From a virus, in IMG/VR virus record IMGVR_UViG_3300023202_000137, positions 1-64,000 of that record: DNA of 64,000 nucleotides; one strand, 5' to 3'. Under the pieces are notes generated by a model, which searched no databases, was not told the origin of the DNA, and saw only the letters and a list, made by a program, of their open reading frames with translations. This document shows, in pieces, positions 16,920 to 25,435 of the stretch; position 1 is the stretch's first letter; each line of letters opens with the position of its first letter. Both the position numbers and the translations under genes were made by a program.

Positions 16920-18074
16920 TTAGGCTGCGTCGATTTCTTCGGCTTTCAGCTCTGGGTGTTCGGTGTCGCGTACGATGAAGTTGCGACGCGCGATTGGATC
17001 GTCTTCGAGACAGATTCGGCGGTACGGGCACTTTCGCCCATTGACAGAGCAGGCACTCACGTTGCGGTAGAAGGCCTCACACGTGTCGATGTCGCGAGTG
17101 ATTTGGTATGTCTCGCGTTCCCAATCCTCGATGTCCTGCAGCGATACAGGATGCCAGAACCGCCAGAAGAATCGGTCTCCTCTAGAGGTCAGCATCGAGA
17201 TCACATCTTCATAGTCCTTGTCGTTGATGTCTAGATGCGGGTAGCTGCGAATTGCTGCGACGTACTTCTCAACTGTCGTGTCGGTGCTTTGCTTCGTGGA
17301 GATCCCCACCACACCAGTTGCGTTGCAGGTCGGGCAACTCGTGTGGCCTTCCTTCTGTGCTTTCTTTGTGGGCTGGCCACTCCCTTTGCATGACTTGCAC
17401 TTGAGCGGGTGTGGGTCGGCGGGGAGTTTCTTGCGTAGTACGTTGTAGATGATTCCTCGCAACGGTGGCCAACCCATTTCCTGGATCAACTTCTCTGCCC
17501 CCCACACGTAACCGATGGGTTGGGTGTCGAGCATCAGTGTGGTTTCGTATTTGTCCTTGTCCGTCTCCTGGGTCGTCTTGTTCTCTAAGATCCAGGACCC
17601 GTCTTGGTCCGCAAAGAGTAGATCGATCTTCCCCCCGAAGTCCCATGTTGCAGAACTGCGCCCGCGCGTACCGCTCTTGAATGTGGAGATCGGATAGCGA
17701 AACGGTTTCTCGCATGCGAGGATGCGCCAGGTGTTCAGATCGTTGGCGTACCGTTGCACGTACCCCTGCATCATCCCGGTTGCGAGTTTGCGCAGGTCTG
17801 CGATCTTGTCGTGGTCAACGTCTGCGTATTCGTTGCTCCCTGCAGCCGCATCCACTTCTGCGTGGTGCTTTATCTCCCACGCATTCATGACGTGATCGAA
17901 AAGCACGTTTTTGTTTATGTGGAAGTCTTCAAGGCAGTCGTGCACGAGCTGCCCGAAACTCAGGGGAGGGGCTGTCACTATGGGGGACAGTCTCTCGGGA
18001 TAGACAAAGAAATATTTACGCCTGCACTGCGTAAAGGTTCGCCGCATTGAATTGGTCAGGAGCCGTCTGGTCAC
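16920..18074 (-). CDS. PD-(D/E)XK Cas4/RecB-like exonuclease
   Basis: F..CRRKY, FG..VH, GKIDL...LENKT, Q..Y, C...CPY...C. Confidence 0.85.
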   Translation of the reverse strand: MTRRLLTNSMRRTFTQCRRKYFFVYPERLSPIVTAPPLSFGQLVHDCLEDFHINKNVLFDHVMNAWEIKHHAEVDAAAGSNEYADVDHDKIADLRKLATGMMQGYVQRYANDLNTWRILACEKPFRYPISTFKSGTRGRSSATWDFGGKIDLLFADQDGSWILENKTTQETDKDKYETTLMLDTQPIGYVWGAEKLIQEMGWPPLRGIIYNVLRKKLPADPHPLKCKSCKGSGQPTKKAQKEGHTSCPTCNATGVVGISTKQSTDTTVEKYVAAIRSYPHLDINDKDYEDVISMLTSRGDRFFWRFWHPVSLQDIEDWERETYQITRDIDTCEAFYRNVSACSVNGRKCPYRRICLEDDPIARRNFIVRDTEHPELKAEEIDAA

Positions 18075-18343
18075 GTCGTCACCTCTTCTGGTAGTTTAGT
18101 GATATCGGGCAGTGCGTCCCTCAATTCACCGTCGAGCAACCATGCGGTTGTCACCCCAAGGGCTTCCGCCATTGGATCCAACGTCCTCACCGAACATGCG
18201 TACGGGTCCTCCAGGATTTGCCAGAGGCGTTGCCGTGTAATGCCCATGCTCGCTGCTAGCGATGATCGGCTACTGTTCAGCACCGCCAAGCGAACGCGAA
18301 CGCGCTCGCAAAAGGATGCTACTCGTTGCTCGTTGAGATCCAT
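18071..18343 (-). CDS. XRE/Cro-like HTH regulator
   Basis: SRSSLAASMGITRQRL...AEALGVTTAWLL.G. Confidence 0.8.
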   Translation of the reverse strand: MDLNEQRVASFCERVRVRLAVLNSSRSSLAASMGITRQRLWQILEDPYACSVRTLDPMAEALGVTTAWLLDGELRDALPDITKLPEEVTT

Positions 18344-18426
18344 GTGAGTCCTTCACTGCCACCAACAATGGGCGCTTGTTTAATCTGGATCGTTTGCCAT
18401 CGTCAATGCAAAACTTTACGGCAGGC

Positions 18427-18455
18427 AAAAAAAAGGGAGCCGCTTGGGCTCCCTT
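18427..18455 (-). terminator. Intrinsic terminator
   Basis: AAGGGAGCC-CAAGC-GGCTCCC followed by T8 on the minus strand. Confidence 0.85.
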
Positions 18456-18475
18456 GTGGATAGAGTTGTGGATAC
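18455..18475. promoter_or_regulatory. Tandem DnaA-box-like 9-mers
   Basis: TGTGGATAG (18455) and TGTGGATAC (18467), each 8/9 to TGTGGATAA. Confidence 0.4.
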
Positions 18476-18478
18476 CTG

Positions 18479-19105
18479 CTAACTCGCGAGTAGGTTCCAT
18501 TCGCTACCGCAGTTGCAATGGGCGTCTCCCGTGCGCAAGTCTATCTCTCCCTTCTCACCACACTGTGAACAGACTCCCCCACCTGTGGATAGCGCCTCGA
18601 CGAGTCCAGGGGGCATGGCGCCCTCGGGTTCCTCTTCGAACGGTCGCTGCCTAGATCCACTTGGGTTGCTGCCGTCCGGGTTCACCGGGCCCGAGATAAT
18701 GCGCCCATCAACGTACCCCAAGGGGAACGCTGAATCTGGGGGCAGGCACCAAAGGTGGTACTGGTTTGCCGTGTCCACCATGCGCCACTCTGCAGGATAC
18801 AGCTCGACTGCCTCTACCTCGGGCCCCATGATCTCACTCTTCAGCCGCTGCAGGTCGCGCCAGTCTTTGATCTCGCGCTTGTCGTGTCGCTTGATAGAGA
18901 GCTGGACGATCTCCAACGGCATACCTGGCCAGTAGTTCCCCGGGTACCTGAAGAGCGTCACCTGATAGCGACTGTTCACATACACCGCGACGGCCTGATT
19001 CATTGGGTCGGGTTCCCATCCAATCCTCGCAACGCGCTCGTGGTGTCCATCAACAGGCACCTGCTCGAACGGTGTCCACTTCGGTTCTACTTTCCTACGT
19101 CCCAT
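18479..19105 (-). CDS. Conserved phage hypothetical protein
   Basis: LSIKR.D....DWRDLQRLK.EI.G.E.EAVELYP....VD.ANQYHLW; restarted at ATG 19105. Confidence 0.7.
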   Translation of the reverse strand: MGRRKVEPKWTPFEQVPVDGHHERVARIGWEPDPMNQAVAVYVNSRYQVTLFRYPGNYWPGMPLEIVQLSIKRHDKREIKDWRDLQRLKSEIMGPEVEAVELYPAEWRMVDTANQYHLWCLPPDSAFPLGYVDGRIISGPVNPDGSNPSGSRQRPFEEEPEGAMPPGLVEALSTGGGVCSQCGEKGEIDLRTGDAHCNCGSEWNLLAS

Positions 19106-19164
19106 CACCAACTCCGATGAATGAAGCGAGCGCCACCTGGCATCTCGCAAAGTGTCAAACTGAC

Positions 19165-19380
19165 TCACGCGGCTACTTCCTCGGGCCCGTGGTCGTGGCA
19201 GATCCAAACCATCGCGTGCTCTGGGTTTTTCCCCAGGTGCTCATCGCGCTCCCGGTTGTGGGCCATGTGTGTTCTGCAGGTACCGCAGAACCAGTGGCCG
19301 TCATCCTCTGCGCACTTCGACTTCACCCCATACGGGCTGCCGTCGATGGTTACACTGTCTCCCTGTTTCAAAGTCTTCAT
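19165..19380 (-). CDS. Small zinc-binding hypothetical protein
   Basis: GAAAGGA SD; WFCGTC...H...H...WIC..HG. Confidence 0.6.
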   Translation of the reverse strand: MKTLKQGDSVTIDGSPYGVKSKCAEDDGHWFCGTCRTHMAHNRERDEHLGKNPEHAMVWICHDHGPEEVAA

Positions 19381-19393
19381 TGCTCTGGTCCTT

Positions 19394-20929
19394 TCAAATC
19401 TCAAAGACAACATCGGTTGCAGAGTTGGGGCCGCTCACGTCATCGATCTGCATTACCTTGTCGCAGAAATTATCGAGCGCAGTCTCCCCACCCCAGCCAC
19501 CGATCTCGATGCCGTAGGTTCTAACTTCCTTCTGTGCGCACCGCCTGCGGAAGTCTTCCGCAAAGGATGTGCCTGCAGCACCGTCCGTGATCAGCACGAT
19601 GTCTGCTTTTGTGAACTGGTCCTCCTCCACAATCGTCAGTGCCTCTTTCAGCACTGGTTCAAAGTTGGTGCCTCCCCCACTGAAATATTCCATCAGCTCG
19701 CATACATGCTCCCAACTGGGTGGGTTGGGTCCACGCTCCCATACGAGTTTGCATCCTACCTCGGTGCAGAAGTGAAGGACGGCAAAGCTACGGTTTTCCT
19801 TGCGTGCGATGTCCAGCATCGCCAGGGCCACCGCTTTGCTCCACACTTCCCGGTCACCAGCCATTGAGCCGCTGTTGTCGATGCACACGACGATGGGCCC
19901 GCGGCCTTGGGGGGCTTGTCCCTTTAGCTCGTAATTGAGCAGCGACCGCTCCATGAGCCCCTGAAAGAACAGAGCCTCGAAGTCTGGATCGGATAGCTTC
20001 AGAGTTTCCACGGGGAGCAACCGTGCGAGGTCATCACCGTGGGTAATGTCTGAGATCTCATCACGCCGGTAGTCTGCTTTGCTTCGTTGCTGCGCTGCAG
20101 CTACTCGGCGCATTCGTCCCGCCAGCTCTGCAAGGGCCTTGAGCTTTTCTGACCTACCAACCCTCTCCATCAACTTTCGCTTCTGCTCAAGGTCCCCGCC
20201 ACGGCCAGCCGACCCAGACTCGTTGCCCCATCCGAAAGCGTCGAGCGTAGCCTGGGCCTGGTCGATGTCCGTGTTCGCCTTCTGAATCCCCTGGCGCATG
20301 GCGTGACGCATGGCCGAGGGGTCCATCTGTTGCTGGAAGTTCTGTGCAGTCTGTTGCATCTGTTGCATGCGCTTCCTGGCTTCTGCTTGCTCTGCCTCGC
20401 ACGGGACTCCAGCGGCCTGTAGTTGTTCATAGCCCTGCAGCAACCGCTCGACGCTTTGGCTGTCCCGGATCTGCTCCGACGGTTCCGGCAATGCCTGCAG
20501 AACTGACTCAGCAAGCGCAGTGCTGGACACACCGGACCATAGGCGGTCACCACGGCAACGGTCCTGCAGTCGCTTGAATTCGGGCAGCTCCTCGACTACC
20601 TCATGGGCTTGCTCTGCCCACCCGCTGGTGGGTCGAACATCCTCCGCTGGGAGTCGCTGCGCGTTCTCGGCATAGAGCCTGGTGAACACTTCTCGCATGT
20701 ACGCAGGCCAGCGCTCCATGCCCTTAGAGCCTTGGTCAGCCATCAGCGCAGCTTCTTCGCTGCCCTGCGCAAACTCAGAGTATTGGTACCGGTGCCACTT
20801 GTTCGTCTGGTACACGAGGTCAGAATCGACGCGCCGTTGCGAAGCGGTGGAGGGGCTGACTGCAGCAATAAGCCCATGCCCCGCCTGCTCTTTGGCGGCC
20901 TTGGTCGGGTCCCATAGTTTCCGTGCCAT
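19394..20929 (-). CDS. ViaA-like VWA-domain protein
   Basis: GDDLARLLP.E, GPIVVCIDNSGSM (MIDAS), GGTNF, VLITDG. Confidence 0.85.
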   Translation of the reverse strand: MARKLWDPTKAAKEQAGHGLIAAVSPSTASQRRVDSDLVYQTNKWHRYQYSEFAQGSEEAALMADQGSKGMERWPAYMREVFTRLYAENAQRLPAEDVRPTSGWAEQAHEVVEELPEFKRLQDRCRGDRLWSGVSSTALAESVLQALPEPSEQIRDSQSVERLLQGYEQLQAAGVPCEAEQAEARKRMQQMQQTAQNFQQQMDPSAMRHAMRQGIQKANTDIDQAQATLDAFGWGNESGSAGRGGDLEQKRKLMERVGRSEKLKALAELAGRMRRVAAAQQRSKADYRRDEISDITHGDDLARLLPVETLKLSDPDFEALFFQGLMERSLLNYELKGQAPQGRGPIVVCIDNSGSMAGDREVWSKAVALAMLDIARKENRSFAVLHFCTEVGCKLVWERGPNPPSWEHVCELMEYFSGGGTNFEPVLKEALTIVEEDQFTKADIVLITDGAAGTSFAEDFRRRCAQKEVRTYGIEIGGWGGETALDNFCDKVMQIDDVSGPNSATDVVFEI

Positions 20930-20930
20930 G

Positions 20931-22109
20931 TTAGATCCTCACCCCTGCCAGCTTGGCTGCCTGGCGCTGTACCTCTTGGTGCATCTTGGCAACCTCGTCT
21001 GCAGCTTCCTTGAGTTTCCGCGCCTTGTTTGGATTGGACTGGATCGAATTCTGCAGCTCTGATTCCATGCGCTCGAATTCAGCGTTGGTCTCTGCCATCG
21101 CTGCAAGGCACTCAGCCTTGGGACGTGCGTCTGGGCCATCAGTCTGGGGCAGTTCCCGGAACAGCTCTTTTGCTGCGTCGAGAACCTCGCTTGCCTTGGC
21201 TGCCATTGGGTTAGCGACCTTCCCAACTTCCTGCACCAGCGTTGCCCGCTCTTTGGGTTCGCGCCAGAGAACGTCGGGCAAGATATCGAAATGATCCTCG
21301 CCCACTTCAGTGTCCCCGCATACGTAGGCAAACGCCTTGAGAACCTTGACTACCTTTTTCCAGCGACGGTCCGAGGCACGCACACCAGCTCGCTCCGTTG
21401 CAACCTTCACATCCAAGAGAACGTCCATTGCCCCCGGCTCCAGCTTCACTTGCTTGGCTTCTTTCTGCATGGCTTCGAGATCTGCGAGGGCTATGCTCGT
21501 TGCGATGGTGGGGTCTTTGCTCGTGAGCATCGCTTTCAAGTTGTCTCGATCTGAAATGGAATCGACCCAGTAGCGAAAGACGAAGCGATCAAAGAGGGCC
21601 TCCAGCTCCTCTGACTCGGGCAGCTCGTTGGAGGCGCCGAACATCGAGAGCAAGGGAACGTTGATCACTTGGTCGTTGTCGAATACGCGCTCATTCGCTA
21701 CGCGCAAAAGAGAGTTGAGTACCATCGTGTTGGCCTTCCAGATCTCATCGAGAAAAGCGATGTGCGCTTCGGGCAACTTGCGGTCGATCTTCCGCTCGAA
21801 GCAATCGTTCTTGAGCGCCGACACCTTGAAGGGCCCGAACAATTCTTCGGGTACGGACCCCTTGCCGAGCAAGCGCTCAAAGTAATTGGCTCCCTGGATC
21901 GCATTGCAGAGAACGCGAGCCAGGGAAGACTTGGCTGTGCCCGGGGGGCCCAGCAACAGGATGTGCTCGCCCGCGATGAGCGCAGCCAAGGCACCGTCAA
22001 TGATGTGGTTGCGCTCGTAGAACACTTGGCGCAGCTCGTTGCGCAAAGTGCCGAGGGTTTGCTGGTGGGTGGAGGGTACTGCTTGGATGTTGGTTTGTGC
22101 TTGTGACAT
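20931..22109 (-). CDS. RavA-like MoxR AAA+ ATPase
   Basis: LLGPPGTAKS, PEELFGP, FLDEIWKA, ASNELP, ALFDRF, SDRRW. Confidence 0.9.
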   Translation of the reverse strand: MSQAQTNIQAVPSTHQQTLGTLRNELRQVFYERNHIIDGALAALIAGEHILLLGPPGTAKSSLARVLCNAIQGANYFERLLGKGSVPEELFGPFKVSALKNDCFERKIDRKLPEAHIAFLDEIWKANTMVLNSLLRVANERVFDNDQVINVPLLSMFGASNELPESEELEALFDRFVFRYWVDSISDRDNLKAMLTSKDPTIATSIALADLEAMQKEAKQVKLEPGAMDVLLDVKVATERAGVRASDRRWKKVVKVLKAFAYVCGDTEVGEDHFDILPDVLWREPKERATLVQEVGKVANPMAAKASEVLDAAKELFRELPQTDGPDARPKAECLAAMAETNAEFERMESELQNSIQSNPNKARKLKEAADEVAKMHQEVQRQAAKLAGVRI

Positions 22110-22121
22110 TTGTCTGGTCTC

Positions 22122-23015
22122 CTACTTTTTGTTTTTGGCTTTGGCTTCCTTCGCTTTGGTCTTGACGCCGAGCATCTTGCTGACCTTGCGCTGTAGCCGT
22201 TGGATGGTTTTGTCGAGGTCGTCGTGTGCAACCTCTAGCATTCCTTCATAGAGCGCAGCACGGCTGCGCAGGGACTCGAAGGTTTCGAGCCGACGTTCGA
22301 GGGTGTCAATCCTGCTGGTCTCGTCGAAGTCTTCGATCTCCCTCTTGAGGGCTGCAAGCTCGTCAGCCATCGTAGATCGGAATGCACCGGTCAACGTGTC
22401 GCGAGTATCTGCGGTGTCGTGGACTGGGAGCAGCCAGACTTCAGATCCCCCCAACCTGTTCACGAGGTCGCGCATCGAGCGGAGCAACTGCGCGTGGTTC
22501 CCAGGCACGAACCACTCGGTACCGATGGGGATCCCCTCGTTGTCCTTGCAGATGCGCTTCATGGTGGAGCGGATTTGATCCGTGGTCACCGACCCTCGAA
22601 GCTCCAGAAACTTGGAATCCACCCGCTTGCAGACGGGGTGAGCCCGGTTCTCATAGAGCCGCTTGCCTGTTTTTCGATGCAGGGTCATGCGCGAGGTCGT
22701 CGCGTATTCTAGATCGTTGTTGGTAGTGTCGGCAGTCTCCGCGACCACGGCCCAGGTTATGTGCTCTGCATCCTTGGCGACGGGTCGAATCAAGTAGCCT
22801 TCCTCATGCACGAGTCGCATGGCGCGAGTCCAGGCGGCATCGTCGTCCATGCCCTTGGGTACGAGATCTTCCGGGAACCCAACCTCCCCCGCGATATGCA
22901 GCACGCGCTCGCGGGGGCTGGTGGCTTCCCAGAGCCGGTAGAAAACTAGGTCTCCCAGGTGAACCCCTGCAGTCTGCAGGCTGTCCACAATCTGGGCTGC
23001 TGAGTGTCTGGTCAT
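22122..23015 (-). CDS. DUF6744/DUF3150-like protein
   Basis: LGDLVFY.L, G..WFVP, C-terminal coiled coil with A.LYE..L; first gene of the AAA/VWA operon. Confidence 0.55.
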   Translation of the reverse strand: MTRHSAAQIVDSLQTAGVHLGDLVFYRLWEATSPRERVLHIAGEVGFPEDLVPKGMDDDAAWTRAMRLVHEEGYLIRPVAKDAEHITWAVVAETADTTNNDLEYATTSRMTLHRKTGKRLYENRAHPVCKRVDSKFLELRGSVTTDQIRSTMKRICKDNEGIPIGTEWFVPGNHAQLLRSMRDLVNRLGGSEVWLLPVHDTADTRDTLTGAFRSTMADELAALKREIEDFDETSRIDTLERRLETFESLRSRAALYEGMLEVAHDDLDKTIQRLQRKVSKMLGVKTKAKEAKAKNKK

Positions 23016-23060
23016 GTTTCAATCCGTTTCTGTTTTCAAAGAGTTGATAAAGAACTGTCC

Positions 23061-23095
23061 TGACTCTTGTCTCATGATTCCTTTACGAGAGTCAA
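23061..23095 (-). promoter_or_regulatory. Inverted repeat overlapping a TTGACT -35-like element
   Basis: tgactcttgt-N14-acgagagtca (9/10 arms) in an AT-rich intergenic gap. Confidence 0.4.
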
Positions 23096-23106
23096 GCGCA
23101 TTGTTG

Positions 23107-23649
23107 CTAATCGTCTAGGTGGTCCATTGCCCATGCGCAGTCGTCCCAGGATGGGTGGTAGAGTGGCGGAAACTCGCGCTTGGTCACTCGGGTACCCGGG
23201 GGCTCTGGCAGCGGCTTACCGAGGCGCTCAGCGCGTCTCCATAGGGGGTTTGATGTGTATCGAGCACGCCAAACTTGCAGATGCTCGAAGCGCCAGACCC
23301 CATCCGTCACGCGCTCCAGTCCATCGAAACCGCGCGACCACTGATAGCCCCAGGCCACTGCGCCAGATCTCAAGGTGATCAGCTCCCGACAGTAGACTTG
23401 GGGGTGACCCTCCCGACGGTCGAGAGCTACCAGGCCCTCCAGGTCCACATAGAGAAGCTCGCCAGCAACGAGCCCCTTTCCCTGGAAGTCCACGGCGGCC
23501 TGTCCTGTCTCCCGAAGATAGAGCGAGCCACGGGCCCAGTGCCGTCTCCGTCCTTCCTTCAGTGAGCCGTAGGCAAACACTCGGAACCGGCCCCGGTAGG
23601 CAGCACGGCGTAGGTTGGCTTTTGTCTGGGGCAATAGTTGTTTGGGCAT
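23107..23649 (-). CDS. Gamma-glutamylcyclotransferase (AIG2-like) protein
   Basis: VFAYGSLK, V.GEL, LDRREG.P..Y.R. Confidence 0.85.
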   Translation of the reverse strand: MPKQLLPQTKANLRRAAYRGRFRVFAYGSLKEGRRRHWARGSLYLRETGQAAVDFQGKGLVAGELLYVDLEGLVALDRREGHPQVYCRELITLRSGAVAWGYQWSRGFDGLERVTDGVWRFEHLQVWRARYTSNPLWRRAERLGKPLPEPPGTRVTKREFPPLYHPSWDDCAWAMDHLDD

Positions 23650-23669
23650 GTCGTGGTCCTTTCAACGCA

Positions 23670-23740
23670 CCGTGCCCACCTGGTTAGTGGGCACGGGTCA
23701 AGATCGAATGCGGGGGATGGGGAGACCAATCCCCACCCCC
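23670..23740 (-). other. Two intergenic hairpins
   Basis: ccgtgcccac/gtgggcacgg (perfect 10 bp) and gggggatgggga/tccccaccccc. Confidence 0.55.
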
Positions 23741-23754
23741 CTAGATGGACCGCC

Positions 23755-24684
23755 TTACGCGGCGCTTTGCTTGTCGAATTTGGTGCAGAGGCGACGAAGC
23801 TCTTTGCGGTACTCTGCGACTTGCTCAAGATCGATAATCCCGAAGGCATCGCACTCAGGCTTGCCGGAATCCTTGCGGCCTAGCTTCCAACCCATGAGGC
23901 AGAAGAAGCGATTGATTGCCTTGCGAGCCTCGCCAGTGGTCTTGGTTTCGTATGCTTTGGTATCGGTGCGGTCCCAGGTAGCCTTGCGACCGAGAGCCCG
24001 CTCGCACATCGCGAGGCACATCGAAACCCAAGCAACCATCTTGAGGCCTTCGGTGGTACCGGAGAAGGCGCGGAACTCAACCGTATTGAGGCGGGTTCCG
24101 TTCACGTTCTGGAGATTCAGAAGGTGATAGCGCCCGCCATTGTTGATTGTTCCACCGCGAACGTGGCTGGCTTGCCCCTTGCGCACGCGCTCAGCCGCTT
24201 GCTTGTTCTGCTCGTTTCGGATGCTCTGGCACCACCGACCGTTCACTCGCTGAGCGGAACCAGCGGCGCCCCGGATGGCTTGCTCGAACTGAGCGACCAC
24301 GTTGGTCAGGTTGCCCACCCACTTTTGCTGGGCATTGGGCATCCGACCGGCTACAGACTCAACCCCGACGTGGACGTGGGTCCCGCAAGATCGGTTGGTC
24401 TTGAATCCGTTGGCGTTCATCCACTCAGCTACCTGCAACACCTGACGAAGGCCCTCAGCTCCCTTGAGGATAGGGGAGACAATTTCCATGGGCTGGTACC
24501 CGCTCAGGCTGGTGGAGAGCGAGCAATCAGTGTGTGCGTTCCACCCTTGGGGGAGGCCAGGAATCTGAGCGCCCGAGCGGTACCCGCCAATTCGAATCAG
24601 GCCACGGGGCATGAGGGTCTCAATCTCAATTCCGAAGGTGAAGTTGTGAGCTTGCTTGCTTGCGATTTGAACTTGCTTTGCCAT
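23755..24684 (-). CDS. Putative amidoligase (COOH-NH2 ligase type 2)
   Basis: TFGIEIE, EIVSPIL, CGTHVHVG, RY..LN, TVEFR; restarted at ATG 24684 after AAGGA SD. Confidence 0.88.
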   Translation of the reverse strand: MAKQVQIASKQAHNFTFGIEIETLMPRGLIRIGGYRSGAQIPGLPQGWNAHTDCSLSTSLSGYQPMEIVSPILKGAEGLRQVLQVAEWMNANGFKTNRSCGTHVHVGVESVAGRMPNAQQKWVGNLTNVVAQFEQAIRGAAGSAQRVNGRWCQSIRNEQNKQAAERVRKGQASHVRGGTINNGGRYHLLNLQNVNGTRLNTVEFRAFSGTTEGLKMVAWVSMCLAMCERALGRKATWDRTDTKAYETKTTGEARKAINRFFCLMGWKLGRKDSGKPECDAFGIIDLEQVAEYRKELRRLCTKFDKQSAA

Positions 24685-24734
24685 GGTCTTGGTCCTTTTC
24701 TTTGGGGGCTTTGTTGCCCCGTCCATCTGTAAAT

Positions 24735-24763
24735 AGAGTACGCGAATACCCGCATAGGGTCTA
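24735..24763 (-). promoter_or_regulatory. Sigma70-like early promoter
   Basis: TAGACC-N17-TACTCT with upstream A-tracts. Confidence 0.6.
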
Positions 24764-24959
24764 CGACTTTTTTCGCTTTCGTGCACTTTTTTGTAAGTGC
24801 CTGTTTTTGCTAGGGAAATAGTGGCGAAATCCACTAATTTTAGGCGATCCAACCCCTCCCCTTGTCTATGTGGCTTCCCGCATATATATAGGAAGCATGG
24901 CCCCAGGGGCCGGGGGGTGGTCCCCCGGAGATAGCCAGGGGCTTGGAAGGGACCAGACA

Positions 24960-25400
24960 ATGCGTTGCGTAGATTGTGGCGAGAGCTTGAGGGCAAAACG
25001 GGGGGTGGACCCCCACGACCATGGGTGGGGGCAGCGGTCCGACGATTGCTGGCAGTGCCCTGAGTGTTTCCATTCAGTGGACGGGCAACACCTGGTTTTC
25101 GTCTATGGTATTTTGAAGACAGCCGAGGTTGCCAACGATCCCCCACACTCTGCCGAGGGGCGGATGTACTGCAGTGGGATCGCGCTCGTTCGTTTTGACG
25201 AGCCCGGTTTGGTTCGTGGGCAGGTCCGCGCAGTGGACTCGGACACCCTCGCGAAATGGGATGGCATCGAAGGGATCTCCCACGGCCTCTACCAGCGCGT
25301 GCGCATTACGACGCGCGAGGGCGTGGACTGTTGGGCCTACCAGTTCAACCGGTCGGTCCAAGGCTGCCAAGTGATCAAGTCAGGCGTGTGGACGCGCTAG
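24960..25400 (+). CDS. Zinc-finger plus GGCT (AIG2-like) protein
   Basis: CVDC..CWQC, then LVFVYGILK, V.G, D.IEG...LYQR; restarted at ATG 24960. Confidence 0.8.
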   Translation: MRCVDCGESLRAKRGVDPHDHGWGQRSDDCWQCPECFHSVDGQHLVFVYGILKTAEVANDPPHSAEGRMYCSGIALVRFDEPGLVRGQVRAVDSDTLAKWDGIEGISHGLYQRVRITTREGVDCWAYQFNRSVQGCQVIKSGVWTR

Positions 25401-25416
25401 CGTTTCACGTGAAACC
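25401..25416. promoter_or_regulatory. parS-like palindrome
   Basis: cGTTTCACGTGAAACc: perfect 14-bp core of the consensus TGTTTCACGTGAAACA, intergenic. Confidence 0.75.
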
Positions 25417-25435
25417 TATGCTAAGGAGTGCAGAT

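Noticed and set aside
16920-18074. Cas4 as part of a CRISPR system
   Set aside because: No array or other cas genes seen; the context is a Sak4/SSB recombination module.
24685-25146. 154-aa N-terminal extension of the amidoligase
   Set aside because: It overlaps the promoter region and the plus-strand GGCT; there is a good SD at ATG 24684.
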